Positions 62,231 to 64,000 of a stretch of DNA of 64,000 nt are shown here, in pieces (position 1 is the stretch's first letter; each line of letters opens with the position of its first letter). This stretch comes from Podarcis cretensis (Eukaryota): assembly GCA_951804945.1 (NCBI GenBank), contig OX638154.1, positions 62,186,001 through 62,250,000 of the forward strand. Reading direction: 5' to 3'. A program made the position numbers and the translations under genes. Below the pieces are notes generated by a model. That model was not told where the DNA came from. It ran no database searches and was given only the letters and a program-made list of their open reading frames with translations.

Positions 62231-62456
62231 CAGTGGTACCTTGGGTTAAGAACTTAATTCATTCCGGAGGTCCATTCTTAACCTGAAACTGTTCTTAACC
62301 TGAGGTACCACTTTAGCTAATGGGGCCTCCTGCTGCTGCTGTGCCGCCGCCGCACAATTTCTGTTCTCATCCTGAATTAAAGTTCTTAACCCGAGGTACT
62401 ATTTCTGGGTTAGCGGAGTCTGTAACCTGAAGCGTCTGTAACCCAAGGTACCACTG
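62231..62456 (-). mobile_element. Tc1/mariner-type MITE (CAGTGGTACC family), copy 5
   Basis: TA TSD; TIR CAGTGGTACCTTGGGTTA; closest to copy 3. Confidence 0.9.
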
Positions 62457-64000
62457 TAATCATGTAGTTACTCTCATAACCATTGCAAATATTTAGTAAC
62501 ACATATTCTGAAAATATTGAAATATAACAGTTTATAAATTGAAACCACTTGTCCATCTGATTAAATATAGTGCAGTCCTGACCAGGCATGACATGTGCAA
62601 TTTTTGTATATTGTTACAATATTTCTAAAGACATAATGCTTCTTGTGTATCGTAATGATGTAGTCCTATTATATTTGCAGTCAATTAATAATACATAAAT
62701 ATCTCCACCTGTAGAACAGTTTCCTTCTGATAGGGAGGGTTTCCAGATTATCCTTACTTGCTTGCTCTTTGTTCACATGTGCTTTGGTAGCACAGGAAGT
62801 AGAAAGAAATGAGGAAAGCTTTCTCTTAATTTGTTTTTGCTGCCCTGGAAGACCTCCATTGCATCTTGATCTTTTTTCACTGCTGAGGAATTATACAGTA
62901 ACAAATTGAATCCATTGATCACTGTCTTCTTCTCTGAAGTTTCACTTTGTAAGATTCTATACAGTAGTCCATTGACTTTGATAGAATTACCAATAGCAGT
63001 AATCAAGGCAATTAGGATGAGGCCAAATTATTTCCTTTACTGCATGGGTGTATGAGGAAGAAAACATAAAGGAATTATCTTATATCCAGTAACAAGAGAC
63101 TTGTGTGGCCTTTTGTGGTGGGGGTGCGAGAAGAGTGTTGGGTGTTCTAGTCTAAGCAGCTATTACTATGGTAATAATAATGAACTACCAGGTGCTAGGA
63201 TATATAGTCTTTGCCTTATATTCGCTGGAAGAGTTAATCACAAAGTGATTTTCCTCTCAAGATTCACGTGTTAAATTGTTTCCAAATGTTAAAATTTCAA
63301 GGTCCCACGTCATGAAAAATAACAGTGAATTAGCTTTACTTCAGTACACAGGAACTTACTATCTTTCCACATTAGGGAAGGGGGAAGGGTATCCTTTACA
63401 TTACTATTCTAGAAAGCACTCAGAACAATCATGGTACAAAATGGGAAGGATTAAAAACTCCTTTGCTCCTGGTTGTGCAGATTTTGCAGATGCTTAGGCT
63501 ATACTCAGAACTGTAAAGAGGCAAGAAGTCACTTAGCATGAACAGATGTATTTTCTTTAGTAAACTCTTTCAGGCTATTGTTTCCTAGCCATTAAAATAT
63601 GCCATCTTGATACTTGGTTATTCACTATATACCATAAAATATTTATTAAGGTCATAGAACTGTAGTGCAGTAGAAAAACCCACATGTGGAACAATATGCT
63701 TGCTGTTATTTTGGATAAGAACATTTCTGCTGGGTTGCATCACTGTCTGTAAATTTTATTGATTATAATTAAGTTCGTCTGTATTGTCTCTGGGAATGTA
63801 CATAGCTTAAAATCAATATTTCTTATATTCATTAGGAAAACCAGCTTGAAAGGGATTTTAGTAGAAATAAGCAGCAAGGCTGCCACTTTACTTGCATTTA
63901 TAAAGCATTAGGGGCTCACCATCTCTCCTGCTTTTCTGAATGTGTTTTAAACTCATTTCACAAATTTGTCTCCACATTTAGCTGTTTTACTTTTACCCAT

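Overview
This window is AT-rich vertebrate genomic DNA. Its repeat content (Sauria SINEs, other tRNA-derived SINEs, a BovB tail, CR1 and L2 fragments, TA-flanked mariner-type MITEs, hAT MITEs) points to a squamate, probably a lacertid lizard. I recognise no protein-coding exon, RNA gene or CRISPR array, so it reads as a long intron or intergenic tract. Nearly all listed ORFs are chance frames or repeat-derived. The most notable element is an intact 825-bp solo LTR (40418-41242, minus strand, TGTCAG...CTGACA, 5-bp TSD CTTAT). Its first ~700 bp can be repaired into one ~233-codon reading frame that is acidic/Ser-rich and then Arg-rich. It contains an internal SGPASPP repeat whose two copies differ only at synonymous positions. 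A second, older LTR-like element (from 56541) opens a frame in the same register with a similar architecture, which suggests an LTR-encoded accessory peptide. Other observations: a possible ancient PIF/Harbinger transposase fossil (~32.3-32.9 kb), two composite Sauria SINE structures, nested insertions, local tandem duplications, and several TAAT/octamer-rich enhancer-like blocks in repeat-poor stretches. All repeat family names come from recalled consensus features, not from database searches.
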